Below are positions 1 through 12,615 of a stretch of DNA of 15,363 bases, piece by piece. The notes under the pieces were generated by a model, which was not told where the DNA came from, did no database searches, and saw only the letters and a program-made list of their open reading frames with translations. Position numbers and translations under genes: made by a program. Source of the stretch: Candidatus Methylomirabilales bacterium (GTDB lineage: Bacteria; Methylomirabilota; Methylomirabilia; Methylomirabilales; CSP1-5); NCBI GenBank assembly GCA_046758505.1, contig JBHIAH010000060.1:1-15363 (forward strand). Direction: 5' to 3'. Each line of letters begins with the position of its first letter. Position 1 is the stretch's first letter.

Positions 1-65
1 GCTTTGCCATCCGGGAGGGGGGCAAGACGGTGGGGGCCGGCGTGGTGAGTGAGGTGGAGAAATAG
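1..65 (+). CDS. tuf: Elongation factor Tu, C-terminal fragment (5'-truncated by window)
   Basis: Frame from position 3 reads FAIREGGKTVGAGVVSEVEK* (TAG 63-65), the canonical EF-Tu C-terminus. Lies upstream of rpmG-secE-nusG as in the tufB locus. Not in ORF track. Confidence 0.97.
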   Translation, partial: FAIREGGKTVGAGVVSEVEK

Positions 66-72
66 CGAGCGG

Positions 73-160
73 CAGCCGGCGGCTATGCGCAGGCAGCGTT
101 CGTGTCCTGTCGGGGGATCGGCGTTCTTACTGACGGCTGACAGCTCAGTGCTGACGGCTG
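73..160 (+). repeat. Inverted degenerate heptamer-repeat hairpin element 1 (CAGC/GCTG family)
   Basis: Left arm cagccgg-cggctat-gcgcagg-cagcgtt (73-100). Right arm actgacg-gctgaca-gctcagt-gctgacg-gctg (129-160). cagccg 73-78 is the exact reverse complement of cggctg 155-160. Confidence 0.7.
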
Positions 161-188
161 GGGGCCGAGGGCGGCGAGCGGAGCGGGC

Positions 189-338
189 ATGCGAGAGATC
201 ATCACCTTGGCGTGTGGGGATTGTAAACGTCGGAACTATTCGACGACGAAAAATAAGAAGAACTCGCCGGACCGGCTGGAGCGCAAAAAGTATTGTCGGT
301 GGTGCCGGAAACACACCGCCCACCGGGAAGTGAAATAG
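189..338 (+). CDS. rpmG: 50S ribosomal protein L33 (zinc-ribbon C+ form), 49 aa
   Basis: Manual translation [49 protein letters not shown], with two CxxC pairs. Canonical position between tuf and secE. Too short for the ORF track. Confidence 0.97.
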   Translation: MREIITLACGDCKRRNYSTTKNKKNSPDRLERKKYCRWCRKHTAHREVK

Positions 339-431
339 CGCAGAGGATTTTTTGCGAGGCGACCCGGAGCCCCGTAGGGGGCGAAGGCCGTGGGGAGGAG
401 CGGGAGGGAGCCTTTCCCTTCGGCGTGACGA

Positions 432-507
432 AGGCCAGTAGCTCAATTGGCAGAGCACCGGTCTCCAAAACCGGCGGCTGGGGGTTCGAGTCCCTCCTGG
501 CCTGCCA
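432..507 (+). tRNA. trnW: tRNA-Trp (CCA)
   Basis: 76 nt. Acceptor stem AGGCCAG/CTGGCCT, D arm TAGCTCAATTGGCAGAGC, anticodon stem CCGGT/ACCGG with CCA at 465-467, T loop GGTTCGAGTCC, discriminator G and encoded CCA end at 505-507. Confidence 0.98.
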
Positions 508-510
508 GTC

Positions 511-638
511 GGGTTCAGAGTTCGGGGTTCAGAGAGAAAAACGAAAAACGGATCCTTTTGGTATTACTTGCCTCCATGAACCATGAACCGTGACCCCTGG
601 ACCGCAAGCTGTGAACCATGAACCCTGAACCATGAACT
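511..638 (+). repeat. Inverted degenerate heptamer-repeat element 2 (GGTTCA/CCATGAA family)
   Basis: Left arm gggttca-gagttcg-gggttca (511-531). Right arm of nine in-phase 7-mers ccatgaa-ccatgaa-ccgtgac-ccctgga-ccgcaag-ctgtgaa-ccatgaa-ccctgaa-ccatgaa (574-636). GTTCA and TGAAC cores are complementary, with an AT-rich spacer between arms. Confidence 0.9.
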
Positions 639-648
639 GAGGACTGAG

Positions 649-843
649 ATGCAGGCGTGGATTCGGAAGGCTGTCCGGTTCTTCAGGGAAGTGCGGACCG
701 AGCTGGCGAGGGTCAGTTGGCCGCCGCGCAAGGAGGTCATCGGGTCGACCGCCGTGGTGATCATGTCGGTGTTCATTATCTCCTTTTTCCTGGGGTTGGT
801 CGACGTCATTCTTCAAAAAATCATGTCGGCGGTCCTGCGGTAA
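649..843 (+). CDS. secE: Preprotein translocase subunit SecE (short, single-TM type), 64 aa
   Basis: FFREVRTELARVSWP motif followed by one hydrophobic helix. GAGGA RBS-like sequence upstream. Between tRNA-Trp and nusG. Confidence 0.96.
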   Translation: MQAWIRKAVRFFREVRTELARVSWPPRKEVIGSTAVVIMSVFIISFFLGLVDVILQKIMSAVLR

Positions 844-850
844 TCTGCGC

Positions 851-1399
851 ATGGTTACGATGGAGCAAAAAGAGCAGCGGTGGTACGTGGTCCACACCTA
901 CTCTGGGTTTGAGAGCAAGGTCAGGGCGAGCATCGAGCAGCGGGCGGTTGCCCTGGGCCTCCGGGAAAAGATTTCGGAAATTCTCATTCCTACCGAGGAT
1001 GTGGTGGAACTCAAGAAGGGAAAGAAGCGGATCGCGTCCCGCAAGTTCTTTCCCGGCTATCTGCTGATCCGGATGGAGATGTCGGATGATCTGTGGTACC
1101 TGGTCCGCAGCACCCCGAAGGTCACGGGGTTTGTGGGACCGGGAACGCGGCCCACGCCCATTCCCGAAGAGGAAGTCGCCCAGATTCGCCAGCAGGTGGA
1201 GGAGGGTGCGGAGAAGCCGAGGCATAAGGTCCAGTTCGTGCGGGGCGAGGCGGTCCGGGTCATCGACGGCCCCTTCAGCAACTTCACCGGCATCGTGGAC
1301 GAAATCAGGCCCGAGAAGGGACGGCTCAAGGTGATGGTGAGCATCTTCGGTCGCCCCACCCCGGTGGACTTGGAGTTCTTGCAGGTGGAGAAGGTCTGA
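851..1399 (+). CDS. nusG: Transcription termination/antitermination factor NusG
   Basis: WYVVHTYSGFE, FFPGY, TPKVTGFVG and KOW motif VRVIDGPFSNFTG...VSIFGRPTPV. Alternative start ATG at 860. Confidence 0.98.
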   Translation: MVTMEQKEQRWYVVHTYSGFESKVRASIEQRAVALGLREKISEILIPTEDVVELKKGKKRIASRKFFPGYLLIRMEMSDDLWYLVRSTPKVTGFVGPGTRPTPIPEEEVAQIRQQVEEGAEKPRHKVQFVRGEAVRVIDGPFSNFTGIVDEIRPEKGRLKVMVSIFGRPTPVDLEFLQVEKV

Positions 1400-1403
1400 G
1401 GAG

Positions 1404-1494
1404 CAGCGATCAGCTGTCAGCAGTCAGCGGTCAGCAGAGGATTGAAAAATCATACGGCTTGGTGCTGACAGCAGGCGGCTGACAGCTGACAGCT
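1404..1494 (+). repeat. Inverted heptamer-repeat hairpin element 3 (CAGC/GCTG family)
   Basis: Left arm cagcgat-cagctgt-cagcagt-cagcggt-cagcaga (1404-1438). Right arm gctgaca-gcaggcg-gctgaca-gctgaca-gct (1464-1494). Includes a perfect 12-bp pairing of 1410-1421 with 1478-1489. Confidence 0.92.
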
Positions 1495-1508
1495 TGCGCG
1501 GAGGCGCA

Positions 1509-1934
1509 ATGGCGAAAAAGGTCGCGGCAATCGTGAAACTGCAGATTCCGGCGGGCAAGGCCAACCCCTCTCCGCCGGTCGGTCCGGCGCTGGGACAGCA
1601 CGGCGTGAACATCATGGAATTCTGCAAGGCCTATAACGCCAAGACGCAGAGCCAGGAGGGATTGGTGATCCCTGCGGTGATCACGATCTATGCCGATCGC
1701 TCATTTACCTTCGTGACCAAGACCCCGCCGGCCCCGGTCCTTCTGAAACAAGCGGCCGGGATTGCCCAGGCCTCGAAGGAGCCGAACCGGATCAAGGTGG
1801 GGAGGGTTACCCGAGTCCAGGTAGAGGAGATCGCCAAGACCAAGCTGCCGGATCTCAACGCCAGTACGCTCGATGCGGCGGTCCGCATCGTGGAGGGAAC
1901 CGCCCGGAGCATGGGGATCGAGGTCGTCCCTTGA
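1509..1934 (+). CDS. rplK: 50S ribosomal protein L11
   Basis: [40 protein letters not shown]...GTARSMGI. Start moved from track TTG 1494 to ATG 1509, behind GGAGG at 1500-1504. Confidence 0.98.
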   Translation: MAKKVAAIVKLQIPAGKANPSPPVGPALGQHGVNIMEFCKAYNAKTQSQEGLVIPAVITIYADRSFTFVTKTPPAPVLLKQAAGIAQASKEPNRIKVGRVTRVQVEEIAKTKLPDLNASTLDAAVRIVEGTARSMGIEVVP

Positions 1935-1936
1935 TT

Positions 1937-2027
1937 ACCGCTATCAGCTGTCCGCTGTCAGCAGTCCGCTTTGGACGCGGGACGTTCCCAAAAAGCTGAC
2001 CGCTGATTGCTGAAAACTGACAGCGGT
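1937..2027 (+). repeat. Inverted heptamer-repeat hairpin element 4 (CAGC/GCTG family)
   Basis: Left arm ccgctat-cagctgt-ccgctgt-cagcagt-ccgcttt (1938-1972). Right arm gctgacc-gctgatt-gctgaaa-actgaca-gcggt (1995-2027). accgct 1937-1942 pairs with agcggt 2022-2027, and gcttt 1968-1972 pairs with aaagc 1992-1996 in the same register. Confidence 0.9.
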
Positions 2028-2041
2028 GCTGGAGGGAAGGG

Positions 2042-2752
2042 ATGGGGGAGACGAAGCGATATACCAGGGCGAAAGCGGTGGTGGCCGAAAAAGCGCCTGA
2101 GCCCGTCGATCTCAAGACGGCCATCTCGGTAGTCAAGGCCGTTGCATCGGCCAAGTTCGACGAGACCATGGAGATGGCCGTGCGTCTCGGTGTGGACCCT
2201 CGCAAGGCGGATCAGATGGTCCGGGGAACGGTGGTCCTCCCTCACGGAACGGGCAAGTCAGTCCGCGTCCTGGTCTTCGCCAAGGGGGAGAAGGAGAAGG
2301 AGGCCCAGGAGGCGGGGGCCGATTACGTCGGGTGCGAGGATCTGATGGAAAGGATTCAGCAGGGGTGGTTGGAATTTGACCGGGCGATTGCGGCCCCCGA
2401 TGTGATGGGGCAAGTGGGGCGGTTGGGGAAGATCCTGGGTCCCCGGGGACTCATGCCCAACCCCAAGACCGGCACGGTCACGTTTGACGTGGCCCGGGCG
2501 GTGAAGGATTTCAAGGCGGGCAAGATCGAGTATCGCGTGGACAAGGCGGGCATTATCCACGTCCCCTTTGGGAAGGTGGCCTTCTCGGAGGACCAGCTGA
2601 CGGAGAATGCCACGATCCTCCTCGAGGCGCTGGTTCGGGCGAAGCCTCCGACCAGCAAGGGGAAGTACGTGAAGGGAATCGCCATCTCCTCGACGATGGG
2701 TCCGTCGGTCCGGATTGACGCGGGCGCCGTGGCGGGAGTGGGCAGGGTCTAG
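2042..2752 (+). CDS. rplA: 50S ribosomal protein L1
   Basis: KFDET...[50 protein letters not shown]. Purine-rich RBS at 2031-2040. Confidence 0.98.
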   Translation: MGETKRYTRAKAVVAEKAPEPVDLKTAISVVKAVASAKFDETMEMAVRLGVDPRKADQMVRGTVVLPHGTGKSVRVLVFAKGEKEKEAQEAGADYVGCEDLMERIQQGWLEFDRAIAAPDVMGQVGRLGKILGPRGLMPNPKTGTVTFDVARAVKDFKAGKIEYRVDKAGIIHVPFGKVAFSEDQLTENATILLEALVRAKPPTSKGKYVKGIAISSTMGPSVRIDAGAVAGVGRV

Positions 2753-2803
2753 GAAGCGGTGGCGGAAAGTCACGACCGCCTCGAACGGATGAGGAGCGGG
2801 GTG

Positions 2804-3346
2804 ATGGCGCGGGTATCGGCACGGCGGCAGGCACGGGTCGAGGGGGTGGCGCGACTCAAGGAAAGGCTGCGGGAGACCAAGCAGCTGATTCTCACCGACT
2901 ATCGCGGGTTGACCGTTGCGCAGATCACGGAGCTGCGGCGGACCCTCCGCGAGCACTCGGCGGAGTATCGGGTCGTGAAGAACAGCCTGACCCAACGCGC
3001 CGCGTACGAGTTGGGGATCGAGGACCTCGCGGGATACCTGCAGGGGCCGACGGCAGTGGCCTTCGCCTCGGGGGATCTCGTGGCGACGGCCAAGGTTCTG
3101 ACCGCCTTCGCCAGGAAGGCTCCGATCCTTCAGGTCAAGGCGGCGCTGGTCGATGGCCGAGTCCTTCCCCGGGAAGAGATTCTGGCCGTGGCGGAGCTTC
3201 CTCCGCGCGAGGTGTTGGTGGCCCGCCTGGTGGGGCTCATGGTGGCCCCCCTGCGAGGACTCACCGCCGTCCTCTCCGGTTCGCTCCGGGGAGTCGTGGT
3301 CGGCTTGGATCAGGTGCGGCAAAAAAAAGAAGCGAGCGGAGGGTAA
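2804..3346 (+). CDS. rplJ: 50S ribosomal protein L10
   Basis: [40 protein letters not shown] motifs. Start placed at ATG 2804, 7 nt after GAGGAG (2791-2796), rather than track GTG 2759. Confidence 0.95.
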   Translation: MARVSARRQARVEGVARLKERLRETKQLILTDYRGLTVAQITELRRTLREHSAEYRVVKNSLTQRAAYELGIEDLAGYLQGPTAVAFASGDLVATAKVLTAFARKAPILQVKAALVDGRVLPREEILAVAELPPREVLVARLVGLMVAPLRGLTAVLSGSLRGVVVGLDQVRQKKEASGG

Positions 3347-3395
3347 ATCGGGGGAGACGGGGACCAAGCCGCTCTTTCAACCGGAGGAGGATTCG

Positions 3396-3788
3396 ATGGC
3401 AAAGGTGACGATCCAGGATTTTCTCGAATCGATCGACACATGGACAGTCCGGGAACTTCATGAAGCGGTCAAGGCGCTCGAGGAGAAGTACGGGATTTCC
3501 GCGGCCGCTGTCGCCGCCCCGGTGGCGGTCGCGGCGGGAGCTTCTGCCCCGGGTGTCGCGGCGCCGGCTGAGGAGCAGACGGAGTTTACCGTGGTCCTAG
3601 CCAGCGTGGGGGGGAAGAAGATCCAGGTGATCAAGGAGGTGCGGGGCATCACCAGTCTCGGCCTGAAAGAGGCCAAGGACTTGGTTGACGGAGCACCCAA
3701 GCCGGTGAAGGAAGGCGTCTCCAAGCAAGAGGCGGAAGAGATCAAGGCCAAGTTGGAGGCGGCCGGTGCCACGGTCGAAATCAAGTAG
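3396..3788 (+). CDS. rplL: 50S ribosomal protein L7/L12
   Basis: Ala-rich hinge, [49 protein letters not shown] 3396 follows GGAGGAGG. The track's upstream extension from 3153 is not L7/L12-like. Confidence 0.98.
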   Translation: MAKVTIQDFLESIDTWTVRELHEAVKALEEKYGISAAAVAAPVAVAAGASAPGVAAPAEEQTEFTVVLASVGGKKIQVIKEVRGITSLGLKEAKDLVDGAPKPVKEGVSKQEAEEIKAKLEAAGATVEIK

Positions 3789-3889
3789 CAGGATACCCCC
3801 TGTCTCCGCTGTGAGACCGGGACCCGGCGGGTGCCTCTCTCGACGGGGGAGAGGCCGATGAACCTTTAGCATGAGGAGGGAGAGGCAGC

Positions 3890-7846
<3,957 letters not shown>

Positions 7847-7966
7847 GCGGGCGACCCGGCAGGGGAGCAGGGGCGGTGCATGGAGCGACCATCCTGATCC
7901 CCTCGGGGCGCTCGATCCGTCAACGGCCCGGTCTGCGTGACGTGTGCGAAGAGGAAGGAGAAGCGC

Positions 7967-10900
7967 GTGGATAAGTTTTTCGGGTTTTTCGACGAAAAGC
8001 CCATCGACCCGACGAGCTTTAAGGCCATCCGGATCGGGTTGGCCTCGCCAGAGAAAATCCGTTCCTGGTCGCACGGCGAAGTCAAGAAGCCGGAGACGAT
8101 TAACTACCGGACCTTCAAACCGGAGCGGGATGGGCTGTTCTGTGCCAAGATCTTTGGCCCCACCAAGGACTGGGAGTGCAACTGCGGCAAATTCAAAGGG
8201 ATCAAGCACCGGAACGTCGTGTGTGATAAGTGCGGGGTGGAGGTGATTCGGTCCAAGGTCCGTCGCCAGCGCCTGGGACATATCGAACTGGCCTCCCGCG
8301 TCGTGCATATCTGGTTCTTCAAATCGATTCCGTCCCGAATCGGCTATCTCCTGGACGTGTCCCTCCGGGACCTGGAAAAGGTCCTCTACTTCGAAGAGTA
8401 TGTCGTGGTGGATCCCGGGAATACCCCCCTCAAGCTCAAGGAACTCCTCACCGAGGAGCGATATCGGAAACTCCAGGAGGAGTACGGGGACGGGTTCAAG
8501 GCGGAGATTGGGGCGGAGGCGATTCGAACGCTCCTCAAGCGGGTGGACATTCGGAAGTTGGCCGAGGAGCTGAGGGAACAGATGCAGCGGGAGACGTCCC
8601 AGCAGACTCGGAAGAAGATTGTGAAACGCCTTCGGATCGTGGACGCCTTCCAGACGTCGGGGAATAAGCCCGAGTGGATGATCCTCGACGTGATTCCCGT
8701 CCTGCCGCCGGAGCTGAGACCGCTGGTCCCCCTGGACGGGGGCCGCTTTGCCACCTCGGACCTGAACGACCTCTACCGTCGGGTCATTAACCGGAACAAC
8801 CGCCTCAAGCGCCTCATGGAGCTTCGGGCCCCCGATATCATCATCCGCAACGAAAAACGGATGCTCCAAGAGGCGGTGGACGCCCTCTTCGACAACGGGA
8901 GGCGGGGGCGGGCCTTGAAGGGCCAGAATAACCGCCCGCTCAAGTCCCTGTCCGATATGCTGAAGGGAAAGCAGGGACGTTTCCGGCAGAACCTGTTGGG
9001 GAAGCGGGTGGATTACTCCGGCCGCTCCGTCATTGTGGTGGGACCGGAACTCAAGCTCCACCAGTGTGGTCTCCCAAAGAAGATGGCCCTGGAACTGTTC
9101 AAGCCGTTTGTCTTTCGGAAACTGCTCCAGCAACATGAACACGTCACCACCATCAAGAGCGTCAAGAAGATGGTCGAGAAAGGTCGCCCGGAAGTGTGGG
9201 ATGCCCTGGAGGAGGTGATTCGCGAACATCCGGTGCTCCTGAACCGCGCCCCGACGCTGCACCGCCTGGGCGTCCAGGCCTTCGAACCCATTCTCGTGGA
9301 GGGGGAGGCCATCAAGATTCATCCCCTCGTCTGCGCCGCTTTCAACGCCGACTTCGACGGGGACCAGATGGCCGTCCATGTCCCCCTCTCTTTCGAGGCA
9401 CAACTGGAGGCTCGCGTGCTGATGTGGGCGCCCCACAATGTCCTGTCTCCGGCCAACGGGACCCCGTTGGCGGCGCCGAGCCAGGATGTGGTGCTCGGCC
9501 TCTACTACATTACGAAGGCCCGGGCGGATGAAAAGGGAGAGGGGAAGATTTTTGGATCCATGGAGGAAGTCCGCGCCGCCTACGATGCGGAAGAGGCGGG
9601 GCTCCTCGCCCGGGTCAAGCTGCGATGGAATGGGGAGCTGATCGAGACCACCGTCGGCCGCGTCCTCTTCAACGAGATCCTCCCACCGGAGCTTCGGTTT
9701 ATCAACCAGGAGATGAGCAAGCGTGAGCTGAGCCGGCTGGCGGCCCAGTGCTATTACATCTTAGGAAATGCTGAGACCGTGCAGCTCCTGGATAACTTGA
9801 AGAATATGGGCTTCCGGTACGCCACACTGGCCGGCATCTCCATCGGGATCGACGATTTACACATCCCCTCGAAGAAGGAGGAGATCATCGAGGCGGCCCG
9901 GAAGGAGGTCATCAAGATCGAGCAGGAGTACCTGGACGGGCTGATCACCAAGGGGGAGCGGTACAACAAGGTCATCGACATCTGGACGCAGGTGTCGGAG
10001 CGGGTCTCCGACGAGCTCTTCCTGGAAATTGAGGCCATGAGGGATGGAGAGTTCAACCCGGTCTTCATGATGGCCGACTCTGGCGCGCGAGGGAGCAAGC
10101 AGCAGATCCGGCAGCTGGCCGGGATGCGGGGCCTCATGGCCAAGCCCTCGGGGGAGATCATTGAGACCCCGATCACCAGCAATTTCCGGGAGGGCCTCAC
10201 GGTGCTCCAATACTTCATCTCCACGCACGGGGCCCGCAAGGGGTTGGCCGACACCGCGCTCAAGACCGCCGACTCCGGGTACCTCACCCGACGGTTGGTG
10301 GACGTGGCCCAGGACGTCCTCGTCACCGGGGTGGACTGTGGGACCCCCAACGGGATCTGGGTCACCGCCCTGGTGGAGGCGGGAGAAATTATCCAGCCTC
10401 TCCGGGACCGGATCCTCGGTCGGGTCGCGCTGGATGATGTTACCGATCCGTTTACCGGCGAAACGATCCTCGACGCCAACGAGGAGATCACCGAACCCTT
10501 GGCGGCTCGGATCGAGGATGCGGGCATCGACAAGGTGAAGATTCGGTCAGTCCTCACCTGTGAGGCCAGGCGGGGGGTGTGCATCAAGTGCTATGGCCGG
10601 AATCTGGCCACGGGTCGGATGGTGGAACTTGGGGAGGCCGTCGGGGTCTTGGCGGCCCAGTCCATCGGCGAGCCCGGGACGCAGCTCACCATGCGGACGT
10701 TCCATATCGGGGGGACGGCGACGCGTCTCGCGGAGCAGACCACCCTGGAAAATAAGTTTGCGGGCACCGTGCAGTTTCACACCGTCCGGACGGTCCGAAA
10801 CGCGGCCGGGGATCTGGTCGTCATGAACCGGAATGGGGCCATCTCGATCGTGGACGAGAAGGGGCGCAAAAAGGAGATCTATCAGGTGGTGTACGGGGCC

Positions 10901-12061
10901 CGATTGAAGGTCCAGAATGGCCAGGAGGTGGCCTCGGGCACGACGCTGGCAGAGTGGGATCCCTTCACCTCGGTCATTCTTTCAGAGGCCTCTGGCCGGG
11001 TGGTCGTCAAAGATGTCATCGAGGGGCTGACGATGCAGGAGGAGGTCGATGAGGTGACCGGGCTCGCGCAACGGGTCATTGTGGAGCACGGCAGAGAAGA
11101 CCTCCAGCCCCGCGTCTCGGTGAAGGATGACAAAGGAGTGACCCTCTTCCGGACGCTTCTGCCGGTGGGTGCCCACCTCACGGTGCAGGACGGCCATGCG
11201 ATCTCCGCTGGCGATGCCCTCGTCAAGATCCCTCGCGAGACGACCAAGACCAAGGACATTACCGGGGGTCTGCCCCGGGTTGCGGAGCTCTTTGAAGCGC
11301 GCAGGCCCCGCGAGGCCGCCATCATCTCGGAGATCGACGGGCAGGTCGGGTTTGCTGGCATGGCCAAGGGGATGCGGAAGCTGGTCATCCAGGCGGAGAA
11401 CGGAGAGACGAAGGAATATCTGATCCCGCGGGGGAAGCATATCAATGTCCTCGAAGGGGATGAGATCAAGGCGGGAGAACCCCTCATGGACGGGCCCATC
11501 AATCCCCACGATATTTTGGATGTCCTGGGCGATCAGGAGCTGCAGCGCTACCTGGTGAACGAGGTCCAAGAGGTTTATCGCCTCCAAGGGGTCAACATCA
11601 ACGATAAGCACATCGAGGTGATTGTTCGACAGATGCTGAAGCGGGTGCGTATCGAGACGGTGGGGAACACGCACTTCCTAGTCGGCGAGCACGTGGACAA
11701 GCACGTCTTTCTGGAGGAGAACCAGCAGGTCCTGTCGGCCGGTGGGGCCCCCGCCACCGCCAAGCCGCTTCTCCTGGGCATTACCAAGGCTTCCCTCTCC
11801 ACGGACAGTTTCATCTCCGCCGCCTCCTTCCAGGAGACTACGAAGGTCCTCACCGAAGCCGCGATCAATGGGGCCCGGGACGAGCTCAGGGGGCTGAAGG
11901 AAAACGTCATCATGGGCCGCCTGATTCCGGCCGGCACGGGGATGGCGTGGTATCGTGAAACGGGGATCGCGGTCCCAGAGGTCGAGGCGCAGGCCGAAGA
12001 GGGCCCGCAGCCCTCCGAGGAGGCGAGTGCGACGATGGAACCGATGGAGATCGAGATCTAG
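7967..12061 (+). CDS. rpoC: DNA-directed RNA polymerase subunit beta'
   Basis: [14 protein letters not shown]-terminal Zn site (CNCGK...CDKC), catalytic NADFDGD, bridge helix [14 protein letters not shown], trigger loop MRTFH...DITGGLPR with a large insert. Start placed at GTG 7967 after AAGGAG (7955-7960). Confidence 0.99.
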   Translation: MDKFFGFFDEKPIDPTSFKAIRIGLASPEKIRSWSHGEVKKPETINYRTFKPERDGLFCAKIFGPTKDWECNCGKFKGIKHRNVVCDKCGVEVIRSKVRRQRLGHIELASRVVHIWFFKSIPSRIGYLLDVSLRDLEKVLYFEEYVVVDPGNTPLKLKELLTEERYRKLQEEYGDGFKAEIGAEAIRTLLKRVDIRKLAEELREQMQRETSQQTRKKIVKRLRIVDAFQTSGNKPEWMILDVIPVLPPELRPLVPLDGGRFATSDLNDLYRRVINRNNRLKRLMELRAPDIIIRNEKRMLQEAVDALFDNGRRGRALKGQNNRPLKSLSDMLKGKQGRFRQNLLGKRVDYSGRSVIVVGPELKLHQCGLPKKMALELFKPFVFRKLLQQHEHVTTIKSVKKMVEKGRPEVWDALEEVIREHPVLLNRAPTLHRLGVQAFEPILVEGEAIKIHPLVCAAFNADFDGDQMAVHVPLSFEAQLEARVLMWAPHNVLSPANGTPLAAPSQDVVLGLYYITKARADEKGEGKIFGSMEEVRAAYDAEEAGLLARVKLRWNGELIETTVGRVLFNEILPPELRFINQEMSKRELSRLAAQCYYILGNAETVQLLDNLKNMGFRYATLAGISIGIDDLHIPSKKEEIIEAARKEVIKIEQEYLDGLITKGERYNKVIDIWTQVSERVSDELFLEIEAMRDGEFNPVFMMADSGARGSKQQIRQLAGMRGLMAKPSGEIIETPITSNFREGLTVLQYFISTHGARKGLADTALKTADSGYLTRRLVDVAQDVLVTGVDCGTPNGIWVTALVEAGEIIQPLRDRILGRVALDDVTDPFTGETILDANEEITEPLAARIEDAGIDKVKIRSVLTCEARRGVCIKCYGRNLATGRMVELGEAVGVLAAQSIGEPGTQLTMRTFHIGGTATRLAEQTTLENKFAGTVQFHTVRTVRNAAGDLVVMNRNGAISIVDEKGRKKEIYQVVYGARLKVQNGQEVASGTTLAEWDPFTSVILSEASGRVVVKDVIEGLTMQEEVDEVTGLAQRVIVEHGREDLQPRVSVKDDKGVTLFRTLLPVGAHLTVQDGHAISAGDALVKIPRETTKTKDITGGLPRVAELFEARRPREAAIISEIDGQVGFAGMAKGMRKLVIQAENGETKEYLIPRGKHINVLEGDEIKAGEPLMDGPINPHDILDVLGDQELQRYLVNEVQEVYRLQGVNINDKHIEVIVRQMLKRVRIETVGNTHFLVGEHVDKHVFLEENQQVLSAGGAPATAKPLLLGITKASLSTDSFISAASFQETTKVLTEAAINGARDELRGLKENVIMGRLIPAGTGMAWYRETGIAVPEVEAQAEEGPQPSEEASATMEPMEIEI

Positions 12062-12094
12062 GGGCCTTCGGGGACATGGAGACACAGAAATTTC

Positions 12095-12123
12095 TTGACA
12101 ATGAGCGGTAGGTCACATAAATT
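12095..12123 (+). promoter_or_regulatory. Sigma70-type promoter of the str operon
   Basis: Perfect -35 TTGACA (12095-12100), 17-nt spacer, -10 TAAATT (12118-12123). Sits in an AT-rich island upstream of rpsL. Confidence 0.8.
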
Positions 12124-12159
12124 ATCACCTTTTACGGACAATTGATCGGGGGTTTGTCG

Positions 12160-12537
12160 GTGCCTACGATTAACCAGCTGGTCCGCAAGGGGCGGGAAGA
12201 GATTCGGAAGAAGGAAAAGGCCCCTGCATTGCAACGGTCGCCCCAGAAACGGGGGGTGTGCATCCGGGTCTATACCACCACGCCGAAGAAGCCCAACTCG
12301 GCCCTCCGGAAGGTGGCCCGGGTCCGGTTGACCAACGGGATCGAGGTCACCACCTACATTCCGGGGATCGGACACAACCTGCAGGAGCACTCCATCGTCC
12401 TGATTCGCGGAGGACGGGTCAAAGACCTGCCGGGCGTCCGTTATCACGTAATCCGGGGGACCCTGGACACGGCTGGAGTCCAGGATCGCCGGCAGGGGCG
12501 TTCCCTGTACGGGGCAAAGCGACCCAAGTCGAGCTGA
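12160..12537 (+). CDS. rpsL: 30S ribosomal protein S12
   Basis: GTG 12160 gives [31 protein letters not shown] and [12 protein letters not shown] motifs present, with both streptomycin-associated lysines wild-type. Confidence 0.98.
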   Translation: MPTINQLVRKGREEIRKKEKAPALQRSPQKRGVCIRVYTTTPKKPNSALRKVARVRLTNGIEVTTYIPGIGHNLQEHSIVLIRGGRVKDLPGVRYHVIRGTLDTAGVQDRRQGRSLYGAKRPKSS

Positions 12538-12544
12538 CCGGATA

Positions 12545-12594
12545 CGGCACTGAGGTTCCGCTCCTCCCCACCCTCGGTGCCGCTTTTCGTTTTC
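12545..12594 (+). terminator. Terminator/attenuator-like hairpin in rpsL-rpsG spacer
   Basis: 11-bp stem cggcactgagg (12545-12555)/cctcggtgccg (12572-12582) with one G-U, a 16-nt loop, followed by cttttcgttttc. Confidence 0.5.
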
Positions 12595-12615
12595 AGCAGC
12601 AGGTGAGGTGAGTGA

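Noticed and set aside
574..638. Possible CRISPR array
   Set aside because: Units are 7 nt and contiguous, with no unique spacers and no cas genes.
49..897. Track ORFs 49-333, 202-468, 293-586, 529-897 and 564-809
   Set aside because: They overlap rpmG, tRNA-Trp or secE, and their quasi-repetitive peptides (e.g. VHGSW/QGSRF) are just translations of the heptamer repeats.
3153..3395. N-terminal extension of L7/L12 suggested by the ORF track
   Set aside because: It overlaps rplJ out of frame, and a strong RBS supports ATG 3396.
7847..7966. 120-nt rpoB-rpoC spacer as an ncRNA
   Set aside because: Only short GC-rich stems, no more than expected by chance, and no recognisable motif.
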